Virus record (IMG/VR): IMGVR_UViG_3300028374_000014
Span: 1-61,781 of that record
Strand: one strand, 5' to 3'
DNA length: 61,781 nt
Source: a virus
Taxonomy: Duplodnaviria > Caudoviricetes
The notes beneath the pieces were generated by a model, which was not told the DNA's origin, made no database searches, and saw nothing but the letters and a program-made list of their open reading frames with translations. A program made the translations under genes and the position numbers. Shown one piece after another: positions 1 to 9,907 of the stretch. How positions within the stretch are numbered: the first letter of the stretch is position 1; each line of letters starts with the position of its first letter.

Positions 1-519
1 TGCGAAGATCGTCATCGGCAGTGATACGTCGACCACGTGTGTTTCATATGCATCACCATCTGTGAAGATCGTCATCGGCAGTGATACGTCGATCTGGTGT
101 GTTCCATACGCATCACCATCTGTGAATAGTGTTGTGGACAATGATGGATTAATAGTATGTGTCCCAAACGTGTCACCGTCAGTGAATAGTGCTGTTGTCA
201 GATTGCGGTTGGCAATAAGTGCATGACTCCCGAAAGAATCTGCATCTTCAAATAAAGTTGGAATAGGAAATTGTTCTGCCAGAAAGAGTGGTTTCTCAGA
301 AACTTGCGGATTATTTATATCTAACGGAGATCTTTTTCTATTGATAATGAAAACATCTTTGTTATTCTGGAATTCTGGCAAATTGATATAAGACTGCTTA
401 TACTTAGCATTAATAAGCTTTAAAGGATCTCTTAACGTTCCCTTAATGCCTTCCATGCTTTTACCCGACTCCGTTTCTTTCAGAGTCTTATAAAATTGTA
501 ATAGTTTATCTCTATTCAT
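1..519 (-). CDS. Partial ORF (runs off the window start) carrying LFxDGDxFGxH 20-aa repeats; putative fibre/virion protein
   Basis: Not in the ORF track. Manual translation from ATG at 519 is open to base 1: MNRDKLLQFYKTLKETE...LFEDADSFGSH...LFTDGDTFGTH...LFTDGDAYGTH...IFTDGDAYETH. The repeat is the same as in 24057..27080. Confidence 0.75.
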   Translation of the reverse strand, partial: MNRDKLLQFYKTLKETESGKSMEGIKGTLRDPLKLINAKYKQSYINLPEFQNNKDVFIINRKRSPLDINNPQVSEKPLFLAEQFPIPTLFEDADSFGSHALIANRNLTTALFTDGDTFGTHTINPSLSTTLFTDGDAYGTHQIDVSLPMTIFTDGDAYETHVVDVSLPMTIFA

Positions 520-1450
520 TTATTGGTTGCTGCGGAGCTTTCTTACGTTGTATAATCGTTAATGATCGTGATTCGTTGCAGAACATGTTCCTCTGCACTT
601 TTAATCTGTTTTTCAAGGCTTCCCAAAATTGATCCATGAAATCATTCAAAGTTTCCATCTCAGTCAAGTATACCTTGTCATATAACACATCATAAACGTT
701 ATCTGAGGTTAAATCGTAATTTTTCAGATAATCTTCAACAACTGGAGATTGAATATCGACTATTAAACGCCAAGGTATGTTTTGGTCAACTTTGAAGCCA
801 AATCGTTGTGCAGCGTCTTTAAATGCTACAAAATTGGGATCTGACAAATAGTTCCATTTCTTTTCATCGTTGTCTATTGGATCATCTGTTAAGTCCACCA
901 CCAAACCGGTTACTCGAATATCTGAAAATTTTGATATCGTGAATGCTGTTTTATTGATTAATGAGAAGTTCTTGTTTTCTTTCAAATAGATAGATAAGTA
1001 ATCCACCATGTCTTCAACTGTTTTCGGTTTATATTTATTTCCCAAAATGTGCTTCTGAAAAACGCCGTATAGAGTGTTCATATACTTTTGGTACAATAGC
1101 TCAACATTCACCCATGCTCTTTTTGGTTCAAATGCCAATATCTTCGAAGTCTGGGTGTTTAAATTACCAGTAGTTAACAGTGAGTTCCAGTATTCCACTA
1201 AATCATTGAACATGTCTGCTGCAAAATTGAGCATCAATATCTTCTTTGTATTGTCTTGAGATATCGACTTCATTTTTCGTGGCTTCGGCAACACGACATC
1301 CCATTTGTTATCAATACGACCATAATATGGAAAGTCATACCAAGTATCTAGGAGTGTATTGCCATTTATTGGGGAGTCCATTACCTCTTGATACAATTTG
1401 CGTTCTTCGAAAAGACGCCTTGAATTTAAACTGTTTTTACCGAAAAACAT
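512..1450 (-). CDS. Hypothetical protein, probably baseplate-associated
   Basis: 312-aa ORF coupled (TAATG) to the upstream hub-like gene; no motif recognised. Confidence 0.75.
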   Translation of the reverse strand: MFFGKNSLNSRRLFEERKLYQEVMDSPINGNTLLDTWYDFPYYGRIDNKWDVVLPKPRKMKSISQDNTKKILMLNFAADMFNDLVEYWNSLLTTGNLNTQTSKILAFEPKRAWVNVELLYQKYMNTLYGVFQKHILGNKYKPKTVEDMVDYLSIYLKENKNFSLINKTAFTISKFSDIRVTGLVVDLTDDPIDNDEKKWNYLSDPNFVAFKDAAQRFGFKVDQNIPWRLIVDIQSPVVEDYLKNYDLTSDNVYDVLYDKVYLTEMETLNDFMDQFWEALKNRLKVQRNMFCNESRSLTIIQRKKAPQQPINE

Positions 1451-4140
1451 TATTTAGCTACCCTACCATTGCCATTATAATCTTTTTGAATCACTGTTGT
1501 GACATTAGTGCTCTTTGCGAGTCTATCTAAACAAGCACCGCCTCGTGAGCGTTGTGAGCGTTCACCATAATCTGGTGCCAACACAAGAAACTTTGAGAAA
1601 CTTAAACTTTTCACGTCTTTTGTATCATTCTCTTTTATACCAATTTTCAAACACTCTGATGAACTTTTTTTGCATGCATCATTGGTTATACGTGCACTAA
1701 CGCGATGAGATTGGCCTGTTCCGGCTGCTTCCCAATATGCGGTAAGTGTTGTTTTATACACACCAGCTTCAATAAAACTCTCAACAGCAATGATGCGGTA
1801 ATATCCAACTAACCCCATAATTTGCCCAATCGATCGTTCGGAGCGAGCGTTGCCTAACACAATAGTTGAAGGATTAACGTATATTAATTGACCGGGCACA
1901 TAGATATTGTTTCCTTCCATTTCGATCGAAGCTTGATAGAATTCTCTCAAACGTCCATATTGTGTGTTTCCTTCTGCCACTATCTGAGCTTCTCGCATGT
2001 ACGGCATATCAGCACGTGAAAAATTGATTGATTTGATTAAACCACGATCACGACCAATGATAAAATGATGAATCCCATCTAACATATCTTGCTCTCGGTT
2101 CATTAGGCGCGATTCTTCTAGATTTTCTTGTGTCGATAAGATGAAATATTCCATAATATCATCATCAGTTGGTTTTGTCGGGTTCCTAACGTTCGGTAAA
2201 TTTTCGATCAATACTCGATTGCATCCGTAAGGTGCAATCGGATCTTGACCTTCAACTTTTTTAGCTGTAAGGTATGTCATTGACGCTTTCACTGTTCGTT
2301 GCGGTACCTCAATATAGCATGATTCAGGCGTCAAGGCTGGTACCAAAAGACGCTCTATTACATCTTTTAAGAAGATTCGTCCAGACCAGCTTTCGCCTTT
2401 TTTACTGTTGTGAACCATATTGATATACCATTGTTTAAATAAATCTAGTGAAATTGGAATATCAGCCAGATTGATAGAGACTTTTTGTCCACTCGGCGCT
2501 ACCGAAGGATCATAAATAATAATATCCCCAACCAATGTCTGGAATGAATCACTAGTTAATCGGTTCGTTTCTCCGTGTATTGCTTTAAGTCCTATTTCAA
2601 GTATATCACCGAGATAAATAAAAGGTATTTCAAATGTTCCATTCTCTTCTTTATAGTTTTGTGATGTTCCTGCGTCAATTGATTCATCAATTGCGGCTTG
2701 ATCGATCTCATTATCAGAACCGAGATTAACTGGTCGAGTCACTTGACCAGTATATTCAGTTACCACTACCGTATCTTGTGGTTTTGTACCTTCTCTACTA
2801 ATTCTTGCCGCAAGACTGCGACGCTCTGCTGCAACCTTGCGATTATAAACATTTATTTCTGCCCCGGGATCTTCTCCAAACCCGAATTCCGCGGTTTTTT
2901 GAAGAGTTCTATTAAAAAAGCCGCGTTCCGCAGAAGCTTGAATTTTCTCCATGCTAACAACAATGGAATAAACATTTCCGTCATCCAGCATGTCATTAAG
3001 AAAAGAAGACCACATTTTTACTTTTTCAAATTTAGCCTCACTTGCAAGAGTGTCTAACTCTTTCTGTTGAGGTTCCAGATCTTTGTTTACTTGTTCAGCA
3101 TTGCCTGTGACAGTCTTTCCCTGCTCCTGCTTGAGACAATCCTGCAATTTTGTAACCTTGTTTCTCTGCTGTTGTTCTTCAATTATTTTTCTATCGTAAG
3201 CTCGACGGTACGGCTCAAATATATCACTTTCAGCAATGAATGATGCTACATCTATTCGAGCAATAGCTTCGAAAGTGATATTAACCGGACCTTCTTGACT
3301 AAAATCGATATTATGATTAGTTAAAGTACATGTAAAGATCCGTTGATCTTCCAACAAAGCCTTGTCTAATTCTTTGAGGTCGGCTCTGTTGTTTCCTGCT
3401 GAATCAAGAGTTCTCCAACCAACAACAGCACGCCAAGAAAAACGATTAGGATCGAATTCATTTTTATGACCACAACCGGTCGTATCATCCGCTTTGGCAC
3501 CCGTCGGAACACCGAATAACTCACCAAAACTTATTTCGGTTTCTGAACCATCTTTTCTAATTCCTTTTCTGGGAGTTAACAAATCTTGTAATGATTCGAA
3601 ACGAATGACCATCTTGGTTTCGATAATAGTGCTAGCTTCTGCTGGATTTGAACCTCTTAGTTTCCAATCGAAACTTTTAAGATTAACGCCGGAACCACGT
3701 GAAACTTTAGTATTTGTAATGTTATCCAAATCTTCGCGAGAAATGGATTCAGCAAAGGGCAATTCAATACTTTCCACTTCTTCGTTATTTTGGTATCTTA
3801 TTTTAAAAAGACGAAAAGTTGGTTGCAAGTGAGCTAACTGTTCAGGAGTGATATTCCAAAGCGCGGCAACATGTTTTCGCTTATTCATTTTTGTCGTCAC
3901 CATGGAAGGTTCACCATGAATAGACACAAAATTTGGGTAACTTCTTTGAAAATTGAACCGTACAATCGGATCATAATTTTCCAACAATACACATTGTGAT
4001 TGAAATTTTAGTTCTTGAAGAGGAGTATCAGCTAATTGTTCTTTTTCTTTCTGCTCTTCTTTCTGCTTTTCGATAATATATTTAGCTTCTTTTTCTCGCC
4101 CTCGCCGGGCGAGTTCAGATATAGATGGGGTATGAGACAT
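1450..4140 (-). CDS. Putative baseplate hub protein (gp27/late-control-D-like)
   Basis: 896 aa. The C-terminal ASIEMEGNNIYVPGQLIYV...GYYRIIAVES...YKTTL pattern is typical of hub/GpD folds. It follows the tape measure, tube initiator and LysM-like genes. Confidence 0.55.
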   Translation of the reverse strand: MSHTPSISELARRGREKEAKYIIEKQKEEQKEKEQLADTPLQELKFQSQCVLLENYDPIVRFNFQRSYPNFVSIHGEPSMVTTKMNKRKHVAALWNITPEQLAHLQPTFRLFKIRYQNNEEVESIELPFAESISREDLDNITNTKVSRGSGVNLKSFDWKLRGSNPAEASTIIETKMVIRFESLQDLLTPRKGIRKDGSETEISFGELFGVPTGAKADDTTGCGHKNEFDPNRFSWRAVVGWRTLDSAGNNRADLKELDKALLEDQRIFTCTLTNHNIDFSQEGPVNITFEAIARIDVASFIAESDIFEPYRRAYDRKIIEEQQQRNKVTKLQDCLKQEQGKTVTGNAEQVNKDLEPQQKELDTLASEAKFEKVKMWSSFLNDMLDDGNVYSIVVSMEKIQASAERGFFNRTLQKTAEFGFGEDPGAEINVYNRKVAAERRSLAARISREGTKPQDTVVVTEYTGQVTRPVNLGSDNEIDQAAIDESIDAGTSQNYKEENGTFEIPFIYLGDILEIGLKAIHGETNRLTSDSFQTLVGDIIIYDPSVAPSGQKVSINLADIPISLDLFKQWYINMVHNSKKGESWSGRIFLKDVIERLLVPALTPESCYIEVPQRTVKASMTYLTAKKVEGQDPIAPYGCNRVLIENLPNVRNPTKPTDDDIMEYFILSTQENLEESRLMNREQDMLDGIHHFIIGRDRGLIKSINFSRADMPYMREAQIVAEGNTQYGRLREFYQASIEMEGNNIYVPGQLIYVNPSTIVLGNARSERSIGQIMGLVGYYRIIAVESFIEAGVYKTTLTAYWEAAGTGQSHRVSARITNDACKKSSSECLKIGIKENDTKDVKSLSFSKFLVLAPDYGERSQRSRGGACLDRLAKSTNVTTVIQKDYNGNGRVAK

Positions 4141-4476
4141 TTAGATATCCAGTAATTCCATAATCCGGTCTAGTGGCTTAGGAATTTGTATAACTTCCCC
4201 AAGCGAGACATTGGATTCTGTTGGTGTTTGATTAAACCACGCAATAACCCACCACAACGTTGAATCGCCGTAATGTTCATGTGCTAACTTGTAAAAACGA
4301 TCGCCAACTCTCCACGTGTGTCCAATCATGTTAAGTGATGAAATTTGCTTGGCTGTCGGATGAGTCAACTTAGCAATCGCATATTGGTCAATTTTCTTCA
4401 AACCTCTTTTTTCTAGAGATCTCTTATATTTATCTGTTAAGTTAGTGAACACTATTCTGTTATCGTATCTTGACAT
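4141..4476 (-). CDS. LysM-like baseplate protein (gp53/tail-X-like)
   Basis: HTWRVGDRFYKLAHEHYGDSTLWWVIAWFN...GEVIQIP matches the GD-x-L-A-x3-YG-x4-WW-x-IA-x2-N pattern. Confidence 0.75.
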   Translation of the reverse strand: MSRYDNRIVFTNLTDKYKRSLEKRGLKKIDQYAIAKLTHPTAKQISSLNMIGHTWRVGDRFYKLAHEHYGDSTLWWVIAWFNQTPTESNVSLGEVIQIPKPLDRIMELLDI

Positions 4477-4486
4477 TTACATGACC

Positions 4487-5395
4487 TCAATAAAATTCTA
4501 GTATAACACCATTATCATCAAGTCCTAATGCTGGTGAGCCATCTTCATTGTTCAATATTTGTGAGACTTTCGCTTCGCGTTGTTGTCTTGTCTTGCCTGA
4601 TTTATTTGTTGTCACACTTAAACCAGTTCGGCCATTATTTGACACGGCTGCTGCGGAATCATCTGCAATATCCTCTCCATATGGAAATGAACCTTTTCTT
4701 GCGGCGCGGCCTTTGAAACCGAGTTCATGGGTATGAAGGGCTGTATATGTTAAATTAACCTGCAATTCACGTGCATATATGCTGCCATCGTCAAAATGGA
4801 ATACTCCAGCTTTCAATTCCGGTGTAAATTTGAATCCTTCCATCTTACCAACAAGACCGGAATCTTTTGCTGTAGCTATAGGTGAATTCCCAGCGTTGAC
4901 ATCTTGAACCCAATTCATAAATTTAAGACGAAAGATAGGACTTGCTTGGATCGCATTAGCGTTATAAACTCCAACATTCGATGCACCTTGCACTGAACTG
5001 TCATATGTTGGGTATTGCATCTGTGCAAGAAGACTCATTTTCTTCATGTTTTCTTGAGCCTCCGCCATTGTTGCTGCTAATATTTTCCAACCGATTGTAA
5101 TTACCCGTTCCGTTCCTTTAAACACTTGGTGCGGATCATTTCTACCAAAAACGCGTTCCGAATTCCATTCGGGATCATACGAATCCGAAAATTCTGTAAT
5201 ATACGCTTTAAACGCCACTTCGGTACGAGTAGGAATGTGATATACCTGAACTTTAAGACCCAGATCGAACATTCGATCTGTTTCATCGTTGCGGTGAATG
5301 TTGTGCAATTTGTTGATAAGTTTTCGATTATTCGATGCGATCGAATTCGAATCACTTTCAATATTTTCATTAATATATGTTTTATTCTTAGGCAT
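4487..5395 (-). CDS. Putative tail-tube initiator/baseplate protein (gp48/gp54-like)
   Basis: FKAYITEFSDSY-x-x-x-W...VFGR-x-D-P...GTERVITI motif; lies directly after the tape measure. Confidence 0.6.
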   Translation of the reverse strand: MPKNKTYINENIESDSNSIASNNRKLINKLHNIHRNDETDRMFDLGLKVQVYHIPTRTEVAFKAYITEFSDSYDPEWNSERVFGRNDPHQVFKGTERVITIGWKILAATMAEAQENMKKMSLLAQMQYPTYDSSVQGASNVGVYNANAIQASPIFRLKFMNWVQDVNAGNSPIATAKDSGLVGKMEGFKFTPELKAGVFHFDDGSIYARELQVNLTYTALHTHELGFKGRAARKGSFPYGEDIADDSAAAVSNNGRTGLSVTTNKSGKTRQQREAKVSQILNNEDGSPALGLDDNGVILEFY

Positions 5396-5397
5396 TC

Positions 5398-7806
5398 TTA
5401 CTGATTCCCCGGCTTCCTGATATCTGTATCACTGTTTTGTATTCTACGAACTTCGCGACTCAGTTCTCTTTTTCCGCCGTAAACGTCTTCGACTTTGACA
5501 ACGACGATAATCTCTTGCGAGCCGCCGGTGCCACCTGCGCTGACGCCAGCAGCGTTTGTCGTTGTCGTTGTGTTACTGACAAATAATCGAGCTATTGATT
5601 CCAATGCACCGGGAGCCGCAGCATCGGCCTTTGTTATCGTTTTTCTGATCTCTTCATTTATCTGCTTGAAAAACACAACCTTCTCCGCGTCCAAACCTTG
5701 CACTTCTGACATTAATCCGGTCAAAGCCAACAAACCTTCGGAATCTAGGTTATCCATCCCGGCAGAAAGGGCCATTAAGCCGGCTGCAAACGATACCATA
5801 CCGATTCCAGCAGCAAATGCGATCGGGCTAGCCATTGTGAGCATTAAACCGATTAGAGAGGCTGTCATTGCGCCGATCTGTGCCGGTGATGCTTCCGTTA
5901 ATGTTGAAATAAGTGGTGTCAAGCCTTCTGCTGCCATTTTGACCCCCGCGCCGAGCATCAACCCTGCCGCTCCTGTTGCCAACATTACACCACCGATTGT
6001 TGCTAAAATTGGGATAGCTGGCGCGGCTGAGGCACCTGCTTTACCAGCAGACGCGCCGAACGACATCAGACCTTTTCCTGCTTGCGGTGCTGCTGTTGTT
6101 GTTGCAGCAAATGTTGGTATTAAACTTGACATTAAGCTACCAACCATTTTCAGGGGAGCTAAAATTGTCGGAAGTTTTGCGATCATAAAGATCCCTGTTA
6201 ATGCATGTCCAAGACCAACGGCACCATCAGTAAATTCGCGGATTGATTCATCCATATCGAAGAACCATGCCGACACTGTTTTTAAGTCATCTATAAGTGG
6301 CATGAACGACACTGCCCACGCTTGAGCAAGTTTCGTTAAATCGTCACTCAATGTCTGCGACATCTCAGCATTCTTCTGCATTTGTTCTTCAGTCATTCCG
6401 AGCGAGTTTGCCAATGTCTTGGACGTATTTCTATCATATTCCGTTACAGACTGATTGAAAATCTTCTGTGCCTGAGCCATGTCTGTGATTCCGGCAGCAT
6501 TCGCCAAAGCCATTCTTTCATATCGACCCATAGAGTCAAAATTCTTACCAGAAAGTTCCAGACTTTGAATCAACATTCGAATACGCTCTGACTCAGTAGC
6601 TTTCAGCATTTCAACAGAATTGAGGTAATCACCACCTAACAATGCATTAAGCTTACCGACACTTGTTGCCGCTCCTTCAAACGTATCATATTGTTTAACA
6701 AGACCAAGTAATTCCGATGTTGCGATATTTAATTCTTTGGAAGCTGCTTCCATCTCCATAAACACTTGAATGGTTTTTTCACCATGCTGTGCCAATTGTG
6801 GTAATGCGATGTTAATATCTTCAAAAACCTGTTGAACTGGAAGACCTGACCCTGCGAGGCCGACCATTTGAACTTGCAATGCTTTAGTTTGTTTTCCTGT
6901 ATAGCCGAGAGACTTACTCATTGTTTGATAGTGTTCGGCTGTTGCTTGCGTTGAAACACCCAATTGTTCAAGCATTACATTCTGCACACCCATTGCAATC
7001 TTCACCTCGTCAGACTCCGCTGAGAGCATGCTCATGCGATTCTCCAACTGGGCCATAGCTGCGGTCAAGTTGCCGACATCGACGCCATAGCGCGCCGACT
7101 GTAGGGCTGCACCGCCAAGTTCCTGAACATACTCACGTTGTGCACCGGTCGAACTGATAAAATCGGCTCTGGCTTGATCTTGCGCTCCGGCGACCATGAG
7201 AGTCATCTCTTGCACTTTCATCATCGATGAGCCAAGCAAGTTAGAAACAGTTACTTGTTCGGATAATTGCTCTTTAAACATTGCTGCCCATTGTTCAGCG
7301 CCGACAACAGAAGCCATATACAGTTGTGCTCCAACTGTTGTTTGTTTCCATTGATCATTGACACCGGTCAATAACGATATAGAGTTTTCGAGTGAAGTTT
7401 GAGCAGATACAGTAGCTTGAAGCTTGTCTTGCATTAACTGAATAGTTTCTTCTAGTTTCTTAGCTTCTTTCTTATATACTTCCAACTGCTTTGATTCAAT
7501 CTCAAACCCCTTTTCCCTTAGCTTCTGCGCCTGTCCCTTGAGAGTGATTATTTCTTCCCAATTATTTTTCTTATCTTTTTGTAGTTCCACTATCTCTTTA
7601 TCAATAGCGATAATAGTATTGTGTCTGTCTAAACGCTTCTCTATCAAACCTATGGCTGTCTTGTTTAATTCTAAATCTTTTTCCCGAATTGCAGTCAAAT
7701 CACTATAAAGTTTAACTTCAGCGCGAATGAGATCGAGCTTTCGGGCTTCAATCTTAACTTCCTGCTCTAATTGATCTAGAGATTTTTCTTTACTTTCATC
7801 TGCCAT
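5398..7806 (-). CDS. Tape measure protein
   Basis: 802 aa, Ala/Gly/Met-rich and helical, with an N-terminal coiled coil and C-terminal hydrophobic segments; downstream of tube and chaperone genes. Confidence 0.8.
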   Translation of the reverse strand: MADESKEKSLDQLEQEVKIEARKLDLIRAEVKLYSDLTAIREKDLELNKTAIGLIEKRLDRHNTIIAIDKEIVELQKDKKNNWEEIITLKGQAQKLREKGFEIESKQLEVYKKEAKKLEETIQLMQDKLQATVSAQTSLENSISLLTGVNDQWKQTTVGAQLYMASVVGAEQWAAMFKEQLSEQVTVSNLLGSSMMKVQEMTLMVAGAQDQARADFISSTGAQREYVQELGGAALQSARYGVDVGNLTAAMAQLENRMSMLSAESDEVKIAMGVQNVMLEQLGVSTQATAEHYQTMSKSLGYTGKQTKALQVQMVGLAGSGLPVQQVFEDINIALPQLAQHGEKTIQVFMEMEAASKELNIATSELLGLVKQYDTFEGAATSVGKLNALLGGDYLNSVEMLKATESERIRMLIQSLELSGKNFDSMGRYERMALANAAGITDMAQAQKIFNQSVTEYDRNTSKTLANSLGMTEEQMQKNAEMSQTLSDDLTKLAQAWAVSFMPLIDDLKTVSAWFFDMDESIREFTDGAVGLGHALTGIFMIAKLPTILAPLKMVGSLMSSLIPTFAATTTAAPQAGKGLMSFGASAGKAGASAAPAIPILATIGGVMLATGAAGLMLGAGVKMAAEGLTPLISTLTEASPAQIGAMTASLIGLMLTMASPIAFAAGIGMVSFAAGLMALSAGMDNLDSEGLLALTGLMSEVQGLDAEKVVFFKQINEEIRKTITKADAAAPGALESIARLFVSNTTTTTNAAGVSAGGTGGSQEIIVVVKVEDVYGGKRELSREVRRIQNSDTDIRKPGNQ

Positions 7807-7812
7807 AATCTA

Positions 7813-8136
7813 TTACTGGAAGGGCCACTCCAAACCGGTTTTGCGTTCAAATTTCGAAACCGCTGTTTTTAACTGTGCTTTTGAGCGATATGTTTTCGGG
7901 TTGTCTAATCCATAGTCACGAAATGTTTCCATATACTTTTTCTCTTTTGAAAGAGCGCTAGCAAATGAACTAACATCTGACTTTTTACCACTTATCTTTA
8001 CAGGAGGTGCATGTGCACCGAACATTCGTTGCAATAACATCTTCACAGCAGTACCAAACATAGAGACAAAAGACTCATCTAATTGACCACCTTGTGAAAC
8101 GTTTATCTCCATAGGAACCATCTCATCATCATTCAT
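7813..8136 (-). CDS. Hypothetical protein
   Basis: 107 aa with a GAGG RBS; preceded by the CTACTTATA motif. Confidence 0.7.
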   Translation of the reverse strand: MNDDEMVPMEINVSQGGQLDESFVSMFGTAVKMLLQRMFGAHAPPVKISGKKSDVSSFASALSKEKKYMETFRDYGLDNPKTYRSKAQLKTAVSKFERKTGLEWPFQ

Positions 8137-8165
8137 TATTATTTCCTCAATTCTCCGAAACCCAC

Positions 8166-8174
8166 TATAAGTAG
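8166..8174 (-). promoter_or_regulatory. Putative late promoter motif CTACTTATA
   Basis: One of about 9 TAnTTAT-like motifs upstream of structural genes; sits just downstream of a terminator. Confidence 0.5.
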
Positions 8175-8183
8175 GTAGAAAAC

Positions 8184-8208
8184 AAAAAAACCCTCAAAAT
8201 TGAGGGTT
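8184..8208 (-). terminator. Rho-independent terminator
   Basis: Minus strand CCCTCAA-TT-TTGAGGG hairpin followed by T7, starting at the stop of the frameshifted chaperone extension. Confidence 0.75.
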
Positions 8209-8396
8209 ATTTCTGCTGCTCAGATTGGTTTTTAACTTCTTGTCTAAACTTTTGGTATTTAGCCAGCAACCATTCTCTCAACTGTGGTGGTGTGTTATAT
8301 ACCTCTTTCCATGACAGAGTGCCGTTCGATATGACGACTAAGCTGAACATCTGGTTATATATCGCTTTACTTGAGTCGGGATCGAGGCCAAAAAAA
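8207..8396 (-). CDS. Frameshift extension (T-like segment) of the tail assembly chaperone
   Basis: The +1 frame after GAG TTT TTT T|GG reads FF-GLDPDSSKAIYNQMFSLVVISNGTLSWKEVYNTPPQLREWLLAKYQKFRQEVKNQSEQQK*. It fills the gap exactly up to the terminator. Confidence 0.7.
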
Positions 8397-9281
8397 CTCT
8401 GGCGTTAGCCCAACTTCCTCCTCGATGAGATTAGTGCAATAATCCCCTGCACACTGTTGTCGTGCTAACAGTTTCACCGTAGGTTGACACATCTTGTAAA
8501 TATCTCGCCAATACTTAGCATCGCGTGCAGGCATATTTGTGAAGAAATTATCCAACTTGGTTCTATCAGTTTCACCATTCACTGAAACAACAATTTTCTT
8601 CATATGATCAACATTGCCAAGTTGACCAAATCCCTGTTTGCGTTTGAATGCACCATATTGGAATAATTGGCGTTCTAACACTCCGTCAGATACTTTTGAC
8701 TCGACGACCACTTTGCTAACCGGGAGTTCAAACACTAAGTGCCCATCTTCATTAAGTGATACATTGAATACATCTTTAATATTATCATCCAAAAACCCTT
8801 TTTGGGTATGAAGATTGGATTCTTCATTATCTGACATATCTACTTCAATTTTATTCGCTGCGCGACAAGCGGGACAAGCGACTGTGGCTTCGAATGTTGG
8901 TCCATAGGCTGTTCGGCGAGCAGCAACCATAATGGCTAACCTATCACCTTCCAAAATCACCTTCGGATCAATGTCTTCCATCAGAATAGAATCAATAAAC
9001 TTATCAAATAAGATACCTTCACGCATATACTCTCGATTTGCTAGAATATCTTCATGATAAGCTGTCATCGTCTTGATTTCAACTTTCCCGGTTGATAAAG
9101 GGTTATTTGATGCGTATAGTTTACCTTCGGATGGAAGGTCCACAAACTCTGTTGTTGCTGTGTTCCAAAATTCCAAGCCTTTGTTTTTCGGCTTTTCTTC
9201 TTTTGATACAGCAAGGTCTTCCTGTGTCTCTTCAACATTATCAGGAAGACCTAGCCGATCTTGATTATTTCTGCTTTCCAT
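8367..9281 (-). CDS. Tail assembly chaperone / T4 gp26-like baseplate assembly protein
   Basis: VDLPS-x-G-x-x-Y, MTA-x-x-EDIL, GDR-x-AI...R...YG, CPAC zinc motif, ends FFWP; lies between tube and tape measure. Confidence 0.75.
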   Translation of the reverse strand: MESRNNQDRLGLPDNVEETQEDLAVSKEEKPKNKGLEFWNTATTEFVDLPSEGKLYASNNPLSTGKVEIKTMTAYHEDILANREYMREGILFDKFIDSILMEDIDPKVILEGDRLAIMVAARRTAYGPTFEATVACPACRAANKIEVDMSDNEESNLHTQKGFLDDNIKDVFNVSLNEDGHLVFELPVSKVVVESKVSDGVLERQLFQYGAFKRKQGFGQLGNVDHMKKIVVSVNGETDRTKLDNFFTNMPARDAKYWRDIYKMCQPTVKLLARQQCAGDYCTNLIEEEVGLTPEFFWPRSRLK

Positions 9282-9311
9282 TTAAAACTCTTTCATTAGG
9301 TTAAAAATCTA

Positions 9312-9863
9312 TTATCCACCAACAGGAGGATTGAATGTTTCTAGTTTAGCAAAATCATACTTGATTGTTAACGTAAGATCTGATAAATCTTCGTTATCAT
9401 ACGCTACATCACTCGGTTTAACGTTGGAAATCCACGCATTTTGCAGCGTCCAACGGTCTACCACACGACCTTCGGCATCAATCATGTCCAAAACAACTGA
9501 TTTACGAGAACCAAGGCTCATCGCCTCAACTGCTCGACGTTTTGAGATCGTGTTAAGATTCGTGAACGAAAGATTAGCATCAGGATTGATCCATTGATAG
9601 CCGGAATCACTAATGATTTGTTTCATCTTTTCAGACGAGTTATCATCAATGGGATCCACTAATGTGACATCAATATCCTGCCACGAAACTTTCGCAGGGA
9701 ATTTAAATTCATGATTAAGATAATCATGAGTAGCATTTGAAATCTCAAAATTTGGTCGGCCTGTTGACTTAACCAAATAGAAAATAATATCTGCCACACT
9801 CATGATGAACCGAAAGTTTTGTTTCGGTTCCATATTTGGTGAACTCCAGAATTGACCAGCCAT
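9312..9863 (-). CDS. Tail tube protein (T4 gp19-like)
   Basis: EPKQNFRF...FPAKVSWQDIDVTLVDP...W-x-L-x-NAW...LTLTIKYD; directly downstream of the sheath. Confidence 0.85.
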   Translation of the reverse strand: MAGQFWSSPNMEPKQNFRFIMSVADIIFYLVKSTGRPNFEISNATHDYLNHEFKFPAKVSWQDIDVTLVDPIDDNSSEKMKQIISDSGYQWINPDANLSFTNLNTISKRRAVEAMSLGSRKSVVLDMIDAEGRVVDRWTLQNAWISNVKPSDVAYDNEDLSDLTLTIKYDFAKLETFNPPVGG

Positions 9864-9907
9864 TTTATATGATTCTCCTTAAAGTAATCGTGCTCATGTT
9901 AACTATA

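Noticed and set aside
5495-6325. Plus-strand ORFs in the track (276 aa here; also 21336..21863, 23363..23878, 34014..34448, 42689..43135 and others)
   Set aside because: They are antisense shadows of well-supported minus-strand genes, with no RBS or recognisable motifs.
8338-8396. Canonical -1 frameshift in the tail chaperone
   Set aside because: The -1 frame hits TAG after 17 codons; only the +1/-2 frame gives a long product ending at the terminator.
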